Below, one piece after another: positions 47,850-57,291 of a DNA stretch of 64,000 bases. Under the pieces are notes generated by a model. That model did no database searches. It worked only from the letters and a program-made list of their open reading frames with translations, and was not told where the DNA came from. The first letter of the stretch is position 1; each line of letters opens with the position of its first letter. Source of the DNA: Candidatus Binatia bacterium (GTDB taxonomy: Bacteria > Desulfobacterota > Binatia > DP-6); contig DASYLJ010000096.1 in assembly GCA_036009625.1 (NCBI GenBank), positions 14,297-78,296 on the forward strand, read 5' to 3'. Both the position numbers and the translations under genes were made by a program.

Positions 47850-49730
47850 GTGACGCGCGCGCCGGCGCGTCGGGTCTCCGTCATCATCGTCGCACGCGAG
47901 GCCACGCCGGCGTTGCTGGCATGCATCGAGCGCGTCCGGCGTCACACGCCGTCGCCCGCCGAGGTGCTCGTCGTCGACCACGGTCCGGCCCACGGCTTCG
48001 CCCACCGCCTCGCGACGCTGGCGGACGGCGACGGTCGCATCCCCGTCCGCGTCCTGCGCGCTGCCGAGAACGTGGGCTACGCGGCTGCCGTGAATCAGGG
48101 CATCCGCACCGCGCGGGGGCGATGGCTGGTGCTGCTGGGTGCAGACACCCTGGTGACACCGGGATGGAGCGCGGCACTCCTGGCTCGCGCCCGCGACACG
48201 CGCGTCGGTCTGGTGGGCCCCGTGATGAACGGCGCTGCCGGCGGCCCTCAGGCCATCGGAGCTACTCCCGCCTACGACGGACCAGCCGCGCTCGATGCCT
48301 TCGCAGCGCGATGGGCCAGCGCGCATCGCGGCGAGCACCGTCGCGTCGCCTGGCTCGACGGCGCCTGCCTGCTCGTCCGTCGCGCGGTGATCGAGCGACT
48401 CGGACCGCTCGACGAGACGACACGCGATCCCGTCGGCGAACTGTGTGCGCGTGCCACCGCTGGGGGCTGCACGGCGGTGCTGTCACGCGAGGTGTTCGTG
48501 CATCGCGATCGCGCCCGCGGCCCGCGGCCGGCACCCGAGCGCGCCCGGCCGCGCGACGCGCTCCGCTTCGTGCCGCGCGTCGTGGTCGCACCGCGCGGTG
48601 CGCCCCGGATCACGCTCTGCCTCATCGCACGCGACGAGGCCGCCGTCCTCGAGCGCTGCCTCGCCAGCGCGGCACCGGCCGTCGACGAGATCGTCGTCGT
48701 CGACACCGGCTCCACCGACGCCACGCGCGAGATCGCGCGCGCGCACGGCGCCGTCGTCGTCGAGCGGCCCTGGGATGACGACTTCGCCGCCGCACGCAAT
48801 GCTGCCCTCGACGAGGCGCACGGCGACTGGATCCTGAGCCTCGACGCCGACGAGGAGCTACCGGCGCGGACCGCCGCGCAGCTGCGCATGACCTGCACCG
48901 AGACCTCGGCGCCGGCACTGCGCATGCCGATCGAGAACCTCGGTGCGAGCGGCGACGTCGACAGCGTGCACCTCGCGGTGCGGCTGTTCACGCGGACCCC
49001 GGGTCATCGCTGGGAGGGCGTCGTCCACGAGCAGATCGGCGTCACGACGCGCGTCCTCGATGCGCCCTTGCCGATCCGGCACTACGGCTACGCCGAACCG
49101 GTGGCGCTGCACGCGAAGCTGGTTCGCAACCGCGCGCTGCTCGAGCGCCGGGCGGCCGTGAGTCCCGACGATCCAGCCATCGGCTTCTACCTTGCCCAGA
49201 CACGACTGGCGCTCGGCGACGCCGCCGGCGCCGTGCACGCGGCCGAGGACGGCCTGCGACGGGTGGACGCACAGGACCGCTCCCTCGGTCTCCTGCTGCT
49301 CGATACGCTGGCGGCCGCGCGCTTCGCCGCGGGCGAGCAGGTGGGCGCGGAAGAAGCGTGTCGCACGGCGCTGGCGCTCCGACCCGACTGGATCGATCCG
49401 CGACTCTTGCTCGGCCGGCTCTGCCGACGAACCGGACAGCTGCGCGAAGCGCTCGTACATCTCGGCCGCTACCTGTCCGATCGCGAGCGGTTGCTGGCCG
49501 ATCCGACCTGGCCGGTGCGCCTGCCGCGCCTGCGCGCGCTGGGCGCCGAAGCGGAAGCCCGCACCGAGCTGGCGCACGTCCACGCCATGCTGGGCGCGCT
49601 CGGTCGCGCGCGGCGCGAAGCCGAGCGAGCGGCGGCGCTGTCGCCGTCGAGCGCCGAGCCGATCCGCCTGCTCGCACACATCGCCGACGCCACCCGCGCC
49701 GCCGAGGCGCAATGGGGAGTGATGCCATGA
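47850..49730 (+). CDS. Tandem GT2 glycosyltransferase domains fused to C-terminal TPR repeats
   Basis: Domain 1 VSVIIVAREATPALLACIERV...VVDHG...GADTLVTPGW. Domain 2 ITLCLIARDEAAVLERCL...VVVDTGSTDAT...SLDADEEL. TPR-like C-terminus. 626 aa. Confidence 0.8.
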   Translation: MTRAPARRVSVIIVAREATPALLACIERVRRHTPSPAEVLVVDHGPAHGFAHRLATLADGDGRIPVRVLRAAENVGYAAAVNQGIRTARGRWLVLLGADTLVTPGWSAALLARARDTRVGLVGPVMNGAAGGPQAIGATPAYDGPAALDAFAARWASAHRGEHRRVAWLDGACLLVRRAVIERLGPLDETTRDPVGELCARATAGGCTAVLSREVFVHRDRARGPRPAPERARPRDALRFVPRVVVAPRGAPRITLCLIARDEAAVLERCLASAAPAVDEIVVVDTGSTDATREIARAHGAVVVERPWDDDFAAARNAALDEAHGDWILSLDADEELPARTAAQLRMTCTETSAPALRMPIENLGASGDVDSVHLAVRLFTRTPGHRWEGVVHEQIGVTTRVLDAPLPIRHYGYAEPVALHAKLVRNRALLERRAAVSPDDPAIGFYLAQTRLALGDAAGAVHAAEDGLRRVDAQDRSLGLLLLDTLAAARFAAGEQVGAEEACRTALALRPDWIDPRLLLGRLCRRTGQLREALVHLGRYLSDRERLLADPTWPVRLPRLRALGAEAEARTELAHVHAMLGALGRARREAERAAALSPSSAEPIRLLAHIADATRAAEAQWGVMP

Positions 49731-50614
49731 CCGAGACTGCCGCCACTCTTCTCGCCCGCGGCGAGGAGCTGCTCGAGCTCGGTGACGTCGAGGGCGCACG
49801 CGAACGCTTCGCCCGCATCGTCGCCCGGGAGCCGTCGCACGTGCGTGCACACCATGGCCTCGGGCTCTGCCTCGAAGCCGAGCATCGCGACGAGGAGGCG
49901 CTCGCCGTCTACGAGGAGACGCTCGCCACGGCACCCGACGATCCGGGACTCGCCTTCTCCACCGGCTCGCTCTGCCATCGCCTCGGTCTGATCGTGGACG
50001 CCGAGGTCCGCTACCAGCAGGTGCTCGCGATGGTGCCGGACCACGTGATGGCACTCGCCAACCTCGGTGCGCTGCATCTCGGTCGCGGCGACCTCGTCGA
50101 CGCGCGCCTCGCGCTCGAGCGCTCGCTGCGGGTGGTGCCCGACAACGTCGTCCTGCGCCAGAACCTCGCCACCGTGCTGGATCGCATGGGCGACGATCTC
50201 GCACTGCAGCACTGCCTCGAGGCCGGCGTCGTGCTGGCCCCCGACAGCGTGCCGCTGCACTACCGACTGGCGCTGTTCCTCCTGGTGCGCGGCCACGTCG
50301 AACGCGCGCGCACGATCTTCCTCCGCGTCACGGCGCTCGACCCGAGCTGCTTCGAAGCGCACTACCGCGTCGGGCAGATCCACCTCGCGAGCGGCGATCC
50401 CGCCGGCGCGACGCTGCACCTCGAACGCGCCTGCGCGCTCCGCCCCGAGAGCCCGGCGGCCGAGAACGATCTGGGCGTCGCCCTGCTCGGTCTCGGCGAC
50501 GTCGGAACCGCGCGACGGTGCTTCGAGACCGCGCTGGTGGCGCGGCCGAGCTACGCGCCCGCGCGCGAGAACCTGGCGGCGCTGCAGATCGGCGGCGAGC
50601 CACCGATCCGGTAG
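49727..50614 (+). CDS. TPR repeat protein
   Basis: ATG overlaps previous stop (ATGA). Repeated 34-aa helical TPR units (AHHGLGLCLEAEHRDEEALAVYEETL... etc). 295 aa. Confidence 0.75.
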   Translation: MTETAATLLARGEELLELGDVEGARERFARIVAREPSHVRAHHGLGLCLEAEHRDEEALAVYEETLATAPDDPGLAFSTGSLCHRLGLIVDAEVRYQQVLAMVPDHVMALANLGALHLGRGDLVDARLALERSLRVVPDNVVLRQNLATVLDRMGDDLALQHCLEAGVVLAPDSVPLHYRLALFLLVRGHVERARTIFLRVTALDPSCFEAHYRVGQIHLASGDPAGATLHLERACALRPESPAAENDLGVALLGLGDVGTARRCFETALVARPSYAPARENLAALQIGGEPPIR

Positions 50615-50665
50615 CGGCGGCGGGCACGGGATCGTCTCCCGTGCCCGCGGCACCGCTCGGTCAGA

Positions 50666-51541
50666 TCACTTCGACGAGGCGAGCTCGTCGTCGATGACGG
50701 CCTTGAACTGCTCGAACGGCTGCGCGCCGACGAGCAGACGGCCATTGATGACGAAGGAGGGCGTGCCGGTGACGCCCAGCGACTGCCCTTCGGCAATCTG
50801 GGCCTTCACGAGGGCCTGCGTCTCCTTGTTGTCGTAGCACTTGTCGAACTTCGCCTTGTCGATGCCCTGGTCGGCGAGGAACTCCCAGGACTTCTCCTTG
50901 ACGTTCTGCGGGTTCACGTCCTTCTGCTTCTCGAAGTACGTGTGGTAGATCTTCCAGTACGCGTCGGGCTTCTGCTGCAGCGCGCACTCGGCCGCGATCG
51001 CCGCCGGCTCGGCCCACGGATGGAACGGCAACGGGTAGTTCTTGAAGTAGAACTTCACCTTGTCACCGTACTCCTTCAGCACCTGCGTCTCGAGCGTGGT
51101 GTAGCCCTTGGTGCAGAAGGGGCACTGGAAGTCGGAGTACTCGACGATGACGACCTTGGCGTCCTTCGGACCGCGGAAGGGACGATCCTTCACGTCGATC
51201 TTCGCCATCACGGCCTTCGAGGGATCGACGCTGACGTCCTCGGTGGCGGCGAAGACGACGAACTTGCCGTCGGCGGACATCAGGAACGGTACGTTCTTCA
51301 CCTGCGGCGGCGTCCCGATCTGGAGGACGCCTTCCTTCGCGCCTTTGAGCGCGGTGGAGTCCTTCAGACCCGTCACCGTCACGCCCTGCGCCGGCGGCAC
51401 GTTGGACTTCTTGCGATAGTACTTGATCAGCTGCTCGGTCCCCGCCGGCGCCGTGGCCGCGGTCGGCTGTGCGAGGAGCGGCTGGACCGCCATCATCAGG
51501 CCCAACGCGACGACCGGAACGATCAGACGTTGCACACGCAT
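50666..51541 (-). CDS. Secreted DsbA-family thiol:disulfide oxidoreductase with N-terminal extension
   Basis: Signal MRVQRLIVPVVALGLMMAVQPLLAQ. Thioredoxin CPFC active site (EYSDFQCPFCTKG). 291 aa. Confidence 0.85.
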   Translation of the reverse strand: MRVQRLIVPVVALGLMMAVQPLLAQPTAATAPAGTEQLIKYYRKKSNVPPAQGVTVTGLKDSTALKGAKEGVLQIGTPPQVKNVPFLMSADGKFVVFAATEDVSVDPSKAVMAKIDVKDRPFRGPKDAKVVIVEYSDFQCPFCTKGYTTLETQVLKEYGDKVKFYFKNYPLPFHPWAEPAAIAAECALQQKPDAYWKIYHTYFEKQKDVNPQNVKEKSWEFLADQGIDKAKFDKCYDNKETQALVKAQIAEGQSLGVTGTPSFVINGRLLVGAQPFEQFKAVIDDELASSK

Positions 51542-51644
51542 CGAGACACCCCCATTAGGTTTGGCGTTTCACGCTGCCCGCGTTTCCCCACGGGGTCAAG
51601 CCGAACCCTTGAACACCCGAGAGTCCGCGGCTAGCTTCCGGCCC

Positions 51645-52091
51645 GTGTCACGCCACGCCCTGGCCCCCTGGGTCCTGACTCTCGCCCTGGCCGCCGTCGC
51701 CTGGGGCGCGCTCGGCCCCGAGCTGCAGAAGGCCCTCACCGACGCCAAGTACGTCTACATCCAATCCGAGCGTCGCTCGGGTGAGCTCAGCAAGCCGGCG
51801 GAGATCTGGTTCTTCGACGAGGGCGGCGTGGTCTACGTCGGCACCCGGCCGACGTCCTTTCGTGTGCAACGCATCAAGGCGGGGCACGCGAAGGCCCGCA
51901 TCGCGGTGGGCACGCCGGGTGGGCCGTCGTTCGAGGCCACCGGCAAGCTGGTGAAGGACACCGCGCTCGAGGGGCGACTGATGGCGGCCTTCGCAAAGAA
52001 GTACCCCGACGGCTGGGCCCGCTACGCGGACGGCTTCCGCGACGGCTTCAAGAGCGGCGACCGGGTGGTCGTCGCCTACACGCCGCGCTGA
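51645..52091 (+). CDS. Secreted hypothetical protein (possible split-barrel/PNPOx-like fold)
   Basis: GTG start. Signal-like VSRHALAPWVLTLALAAVAWGA. 148 aa. Product uncertain. Confidence 0.5.
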   Translation: MSRHALAPWVLTLALAAVAWGALGPELQKALTDAKYVYIQSERRSGELSKPAEIWFFDEGGVVYVGTRPTSFRVQRIKAGHAKARIAVGTPGGPSFEATGKLVKDTALEGRLMAAFAKKYPDGWARYADGFRDGFKSGDRVVVAYTPR

Positions 52092-52095
52092 CTAC

Positions 52096-52920
52096 ATGGA
52101 TCCGTCAGCCGCATCGCTCGCCGGTCGCATCGCCGCCGTCACCGGCGCCGGGTCGGGCATCGGCAAGGGCATCGCGCGCGGCATGGCTGCGTTCGGAGCC
52201 CGGGTCGCCGTCCTGGAACGCACCGCCGACACCGCGGCGCGCACCGTCGACGAGATCACCGCGGCCGGCGGCGAGGCCATGGCGATCACCGTCGACGTCC
52301 GCGACGGCGATGTGCTGGCCGAGGCGCTCGCGACCGTCACGGCCCGCTTCGGCGACGTCGACGTGCTGGTCAACAACGTCGGCGGCACGTTCATCGCGCC
52401 GTTCATCGACACCAATGCCAAGGGCTGGGACGCCCTGCTGCGGGTCAACCTCGGCACCGTCCTGCACGGCACGCGGCTGGTGGCCCGTCGCCTCGTCGAC
52501 GGAGGACGCGGCGGCAGCATCATCAACGTGGTGTCGATCGAAGGCGTGCGCGCGGCGCCGGGCTACGCCGTCTACGCGGCGGCGAAGGCGGCCGTCATCA
52601 ACTTCACGCGCACGGCGGCCGTCGAGCTGGCGCCGCACGGCATCCGGGTGAACGCGCTCGCGCCGGACATCTGTCTCACCGAGGGACTGGCGGCGATGGT
52701 CGACGCGCCCGAGCGCGAGCGCTGGCAGCACATCGTGCCGCTCGGTCGTGCCGGTGCGCCGGAGGATATGGCGGGGGCGGCGGTGTTCCTGGCGTCGGAC
52801 ATGGCGCGCTACGTCACCGGCATCACGCTGCACGTCGACGGCGGCACCCACGCCGCCGGCGGCTGGTATCGCGACCCCGACGACGCGAGCTGGGTCCTCG
52901 GACCACCGCGCCGACGTTGA
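52096..52920 (+). CDS. SDR family oxidoreductase
   Basis: IAAVTGAGSGIGKGIA...NNVG...SIEG...YAAAKAAV. 274 aa. Confidence 0.9.
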   Translation: MDPSAASLAGRIAAVTGAGSGIGKGIARGMAAFGARVAVLERTADTAARTVDEITAAGGEAMAITVDVRDGDVLAEALATVTARFGDVDVLVNNVGGTFIAPFIDTNAKGWDALLRVNLGTVLHGTRLVARRLVDGGRGGSIINVVSIEGVRAAPGYAVYAAAKAAVINFTRTAAVELAPHGIRVNALAPDICLTEGLAAMVDAPERERWQHIVPLGRAGAPEDMAGAAVFLASDMARYVTGITLHVDGGTHAAGGWYRDPDDASWVLGPPRRR

Positions 52921-52954
52921 CAGGCACCCCGGGCGGGCACTAGTCCCGACGACC

Positions 52955-53425
52955 ATGTTCGATTCGAAGGAGCTCCGCCGCGTCATGGGCCTGTTCGCGA
53001 CCGGCGTCACCATCCTGACGACGCGCGACACCAACCATCGGCCCTTCGGCCTCACGGCGAATGCGGTGTCGTCGCTCTCGCTCGACCCGCCGCTGCTGCT
53101 CATCTGCATCGACAAGAAGGCCGAGACCCACCCGCACTTCCTCGACTCGAAGTGCTTCGTGGTGAACATCCTGGCCGACGGGCAGGAGGAGCTGTCGAAC
53201 CGCTTCGCCAAGTCGGGTGGCGACAAGTTCGCCGACCTGGCCCACAGCGTGAACCAGAACGGGGTGCCGATCCTCGAGGGCACGCTCGGCCACATCGAGT
53301 GCTCGATCATCGAGACGCACGAGGGTGGCGACCACGTCATCCACATCGGCGAGGTGCATCACGCCGAGGTCCGCGGCGGCGACCCGCTCCTGTTCTTCCA
53401 GGGCAAGTACCGCCGGATGGGGTGA
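52955..53425 (+). CDS. Flavin reductase (NAD(P)H-dependent, HpaC-like) family protein
   Basis: MFDSKELRRVMGLFATGVTILTTRD...FGLTANAVSSLSLDPPLLLIC is a Flavin_Reduct domain. 156 aa. Confidence 0.85.
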   Translation: MFDSKELRRVMGLFATGVTILTTRDTNHRPFGLTANAVSSLSLDPPLLLICIDKKAETHPHFLDSKCFVVNILADGQEELSNRFAKSGGDKFADLAHSVNQNGVPILEGTLGHIECSIIETHEGGDHVIHIGEVHHAEVRGGDPLLFFQGKYRRMG

Positions 53426-53434
53426 GGAGGCCGG

Positions 53435-54730
53435 CTACTTGCCGGCGGCGCCGAGGCGATCGAGCGAGAAGACCCCGGCGTCGATCGGCACGCGACGCTC
53501 GTGGACGGAGTCTCCCGGCGGCGCGGTGCCCGCCACGGTGGCGCGCCCCGCCTTCTGGTTCTCCGCCAGGATGAACCCCATCGACGACGCCGGCAGGAGC
53601 AGCTTCTCGCCACCGGTCTCGATCGGCTGGCTGGCGTAGGCGATGAACTGCAGCGTGCGCAGCAGCGCCCCCTGGGCGTCGAACTTGCGGGTGATGGCCC
53701 CCTGGAACGTCTCCTGGTCGATGCCGATCTCCACCTTGGCGAAGAGGTAGTACGGATCTTTCGGCGTCCCCTCGACGACCCAGAGCTTGCGACGCACCAG
53801 CACCGGCGCCACCGGCGCCCAGGCCACGCCCTTCCACTCGGGGTCCTGGTAGCCGACGACCTTCTGGTCGGGCGGCCACTCCTCGTGGATGCCACCGTTC
53901 GGCAGCGCGGTGCGCTTCGCCGTCCCAGCGAGGCTCGCCGGATCGGCCAACACCAGTGCCTCGCGCTCGCCGACGAGCTTCCAGGTGAAGTCCTCCGGCT
54001 TGCCGTCGAAGAACGAGCCGTCGTCCTGGCTCAGGTCCGAGCCCAGAAACCCGTCGGAGCGATTCGCCGGCGACACCTGCCGCACGCGACGGAGCGCCGG
54101 CACGTACGTCCAGGCCTGGTCCTGCTTCTGGCCATCGCGGAAGCGCCACGCCAGCGACGCCGTGCCGTTCAGATCCGCCGGCGAGCCGACGACGGCCAAT
54201 GCCTGCGATGCGACGTCGAGCGGGTTCTCCTTCGGAGCGAGCGACGGCGGCACGCCCTCGGAGAAGAGTATCTGGCTCTCGAGCCTGGCCTGGCGCTCGA
54301 GGCCGCCCTTGCCGACCCAGTCGAGGGCGAGCAGATCGTGGCTGCTGCCGATGCGCCAGAACGCGTAGTACGCGTTCCAGATCACCTTCACGCCCGCATT
54401 CGGGTCGGATGCGCTGATCGCGAACGGCAGGCCGTAGAGCCCGCGCGCCGGCGCACCGCCGTCCTTCACGATGATGGAGCCCTTCGCATCGACATCGAGC
54501 TTGGCGGCGTTGGCTGCCGAGGCGGCGGCGAAGGCCGGCTCCCAGGGCGGCGTCGACGGCCAGGCGGCGATGCGGTTGCGGTAGGTGCCGTCCTTGTAGT
54601 GCGCGAGCAGCTCGGGCGGGAGCAGCGCCGCCGCGTCGTCGGCATTGGACGCTTCGAGCATCTGGCCCGGCTCGAGGGCCGCGAGGGCAGGAGTGACCAG
54701 GACGACCAGCAGGAGGAGGAGCGCAGGCAT
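53435..54730 (-). CDS. DUF1329 family (LolA-like) secreted protein
   Basis: Signal MPALLLLLVVLVTPALAA. Size 431 aa and conserved W/Y-rich pattern match DUF1329 lipoprotein-sorting-like proteins. Confidence 0.7.
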   Translation of the reverse strand: MPALLLLLVVLVTPALAALEPGQMLEASNADDAAALLPPELLAHYKDGTYRNRIAAWPSTPPWEPAFAAASAANAAKLDVDAKGSIIVKDGGAPARGLYGLPFAISASDPNAGVKVIWNAYYAFWRIGSSHDLLALDWVGKGGLERQARLESQILFSEGVPPSLAPKENPLDVASQALAVVGSPADLNGTASLAWRFRDGQKQDQAWTYVPALRRVRQVSPANRSDGFLGSDLSQDDGSFFDGKPEDFTWKLVGEREALVLADPASLAGTAKRTALPNGGIHEEWPPDQKVVGYQDPEWKGVAWAPVAPVLVRRKLWVVEGTPKDPYYLFAKVEIGIDQETFQGAITRKFDAQGALLRTLQFIAYASQPIETGGEKLLLPASSMGFILAENQKAGRATVAGTAPPGDSVHERRVPIDAGVFSLDRLGAAGK

Positions 54731-54808
54731 GCAACCCCTTAACCGACCGGCACCGCCACCGCGAGCACGCTTTGACTTTTCGACCCGGCAGCCGGTAACT
54801 CCCCCCGC

Positions 54809-55213
54809 ATGGCGCCCATGGACATCGGGATATGGCTGATTCTCGCGCTCGCCTGCGTCGAGCTGATCGTGTTCAGCGCCCTGGTCGGACGCGCACGCGA
54901 GAAGTACGGCGTGCCGGCGCCCGCCACGTCGGGCAACCCCGACTGGGAGCGGCTCAACCGCGTGCATCAGAACAGCCTCGAGCAGATGGTCGTCTTCACC
55001 CCGCTCTTCTTCCTGTACGCCACCTTCGTCGGGAAGTTCACGGCGTTGATCCTCGGGGTGGTCTTCCTCCTGGCACGGATCGCCTACGCCGTCGGCTACG
55101 CGAAGGCGCCGGAGAAACGCGCCGCCGGGTCCGCCGCCACGTTCCTCGTGCAGATATGGATGGCGATCGGCGTGATCGGCTCGCTGCTGTGGCGCTTCTC
55201 GGTGAACCCGTAG
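54809..55213 (+). CDS. MAPEG family membrane protein
   Basis: RVHQNSLEQMVVFTPLFFL conserved region. 4 TM. 134 aa. Paralog of 27047-27466. Confidence 0.75.
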   Translation: MAPMDIGIWLILALACVELIVFSALVGRAREKYGVPAPATSGNPDWERLNRVHQNSLEQMVVFTPLFFLYATFVGKFTALILGVVFLLARIAYAVGYAKAPEKRAAGSAATFLVQIWMAIGVIGSLLWRFSVNP

Positions 55214-55265
55214 GTTCTTGCCGGCTTCGCAGCCTCCGGCTAAAGCGACGGCATAAGGGGGTTCC

Positions 55266-55508
55266 ATGCGTCTCCTGCCCATCGCACTCACGTTGATCCT
55301 CGCACTCACCACTGCGTCGCACGCGCAGACCGCCATCGAGCTCAAGAAGGAGCTCCTCCCGAAGATCAAGAAGGCGCAGGCCGAGGGCAAGAGCCTCGGC
55401 GAGGCCGAAACGCTCTACAAGCAGGGCGACGAGGATCTGCGGAACGGGCTGCAGGACGAAGCCCTCGAGAACTTCAAGAAGGCGAAGGAGGCGATGCCCG
55501 CCGACTGA
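55266..55508 (+). CDS. Small secreted Lys/Glu-rich hypothetical protein (80 aa)
   Basis: Signal MRLLPIALTLILALTTASHA. Helical KKELLPKIKKAQAEGK repeats. Lower GC than surroundings. Confidence 0.45.
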   Translation: MRLLPIALTLILALTTASHAQTAIELKKELLPKIKKAQAEGKSLGEAETLYKQGDEDLRNGLQDEALENFKKAKEAMPAD

Positions 55509-55570
55509 CACGCGCGCCGTCGCGTCGCCGAGTGGATTGTTGACGCGCGCGCCGGTAAGGAGATGCGGTC

Positions 55571-56143
55571 GTGCGTCGCGCGCCGGGTTTCTGTCTTCTC
55601 CTCACGCTCGCGCTCGCCGGGTGCATGGCCCCGCAGCGCCGCGCGGGAACGGGTGCCACCTCATCCGACGGTCGCGGCCGATCGAACGCATCCGCCGACG
55701 TCCCGAGCGTGGCAGATCGTCTCGTGCAGTCCATGGTGCGTCATCCCGCCATAGCGGGCGGCACGCGGCCCGTCGTCGAGGTGAACGGCGTCGAGGATCG
55801 CACCGGTGCGTCGGTCCGCACCAAGGCGATGGCCGATCGCATCCGCACCGCGCTGGTGAAGACGCGCATGGTGCGGTTCACGCCGGTCTCGCCCACCTCA
55901 CGCGACGCACTCGATCGCGCGCGACGTGAGGTGCCGGGGCAGGTGGTCGCACCGACCGATGCGCGGAAGGCCACCGCCAAGCGGACCGCCGGCGGCTACC
56001 TCCTGTACGGCGTGCTCGACGCCACCGCCGACGCGCACGCCACCGGGCGCTACCGTCTGACTCTGGCGCTGATCAATCTCGACACCGGCGGGATCGAATG
56101 GCAGGACACGCAAGAGGTCCTGCCAGCCGTCGCCGGGTCCTGA
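55571..56143 (+). CDS. LpoB-like lipoprotein (COG3417, PBP-activator / DUF799-like family)
   Basis: GTG start. Lipobox LTLALAGC. C-terminal GGYLLYGVL...ALINLDTGGIEWQD pattern typical of LpoB-like lipoproteins. 190 aa. Confidence 0.6.
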   Translation: MRRAPGFCLLLTLALAGCMAPQRRAGTGATSSDGRGRSNASADVPSVADRLVQSMVRHPAIAGGTRPVVEVNGVEDRTGASVRTKAMADRIRTALVKTRMVRFTPVSPTSRDALDRARREVPGQVVAPTDARKATAKRTAGGYLLYGVLDATADAHATGRYRLTLALINLDTGGIEWQDTQEVLPAVAGS

Positions 56144-56153
56144 GCCGCGCGCC

Positions 56154-57050
56154 TCAGCGCACGCGGTGCAGCTGCTCGACGATCTGCGTGGTCGCCGAGT
56201 TCATCGCCGCACGGTTGGCCTGGCCGAGGGCGCTGGCGGCGAATGCGTTGCTCGCCTTGCCGAAGCCGAACAACGAGAAGCCGTTGGCGGACGACTCGCT
56301 GCTGAAGCTGCCGTTCGCCATCACGCTGCCGACGAGACGTCCGTCGCTCGGGTTCACGATCTTCAAGTCCATCGCCACCGAGCCCGTGCGACGCGCGACG
56401 GTCTTCTCGTAGCTGGGATTGGCGAGCCCGACCGCCGCACCCGTGACCGCCGCCGGCGTGTTGCCCGCGATGGCGCCGGCGACACCGAGCGCCGCACCGA
56501 GCGCGCCGAGCGAGCCACCCGTCGTGCTGCCGGTCGCCTCGGCGATCTCGTTGAACTCGGTGACGGCGCCGCGGATCACGAACGGTCCGACCTCACCCTG
56601 GTTGCGCTTCACCATCGTCGACGGCTTGGCGCGGTTGGCGACGTAGTAGTCCCAGTCGATGAGGCGGACGTTGCCCGCGTTGCTGAGCGCGGTGACGAGC
56701 TGGTTGCCGATCGCCGAGCCGACGTTGCCGTAGGCGCCCTGCGGCGGCGGGTTGTACGCCTCCGCCTTCGGTCCCTCCGGCAGGAGTCCCCACCCGAACG
56801 GCCCCCATCCATAGCGCTGTCCCGGCACCGGCGGCGCCGAGCCGTCGCCGCCGCGATCGGCATCGAACGTCAGCGGCTCGACGGTGACGACATAGTACGG
56901 GAACGCGGGATCGTACGGGATGCGTACGACGTCCACCTGGGTGGACTCGGGCGCGGTCTGCGTCGCTCGCACCGACTGCTTGTCGACCGTCGCATTCGCG
57001 CAGGCTCCGAGGACGATCGCCATCGACAGAAGGGTGAGCGTTTTGATCAT
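56154..57050 (-). CDS. CsgG-family lipoprotein (curli-type secretion channel-like)
   Basis: Lipobox AIVLGAC. VIRGAVTEFNE and Gly/Ala-rich C-terminal half typical of the CsgG family. 298 aa. Convergent with the LpoB-like gene. Confidence 0.65.
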   Translation of the reverse strand: MIKTLTLLSMAIVLGACANATVDKQSVRATQTAPESTQVDVVRIPYDPAFPYYVVTVEPLTFDADRGGDGSAPPVPGQRYGWGPFGWGLLPEGPKAEAYNPPPQGAYGNVGSAIGNQLVTALSNAGNVRLIDWDYYVANRAKPSTMVKRNQGEVGPFVIRGAVTEFNEIAEATGSTTGGSLGALGAALGVAGAIAGNTPAAVTGAAVGLANPSYEKTVARRTGSVAMDLKIVNPSDGRLVGSVMANGSFSSESSANGFSLFGFGKASNAFAASALGQANRAAMNSATTQIVEQLHRVR

Positions 57051-57291
57051 CGGCCACAGGTAACATCGGGCCGCCGGAGTTCCAAACTGGCCTCACGGCG
57101 CTACTTAGATCGCCTGTGACCGCGTCGACCTTGGCTCCTAGCTGCCCGGCTTACCGGAACGACAAGTCATTGGAATCACACAGGAAAAAGTCACGTTGAC
57201 ACCCCTCTGCAGGCACCGGTATGGTCGCGGCCCCTGGACCCGAACGGCCTTTCACCAGACCAGCAGCAACGGAGACCCCCGAGCACCTGCC

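Noticed and set aside
48262-50204. ORFs 48272-48991(-), 48858-50204(-), 49042-49818(-)
   Set aside because: Antisense to the GT2-GT2-TPR and TPR genes. Arg/Pro/Ala-rich.
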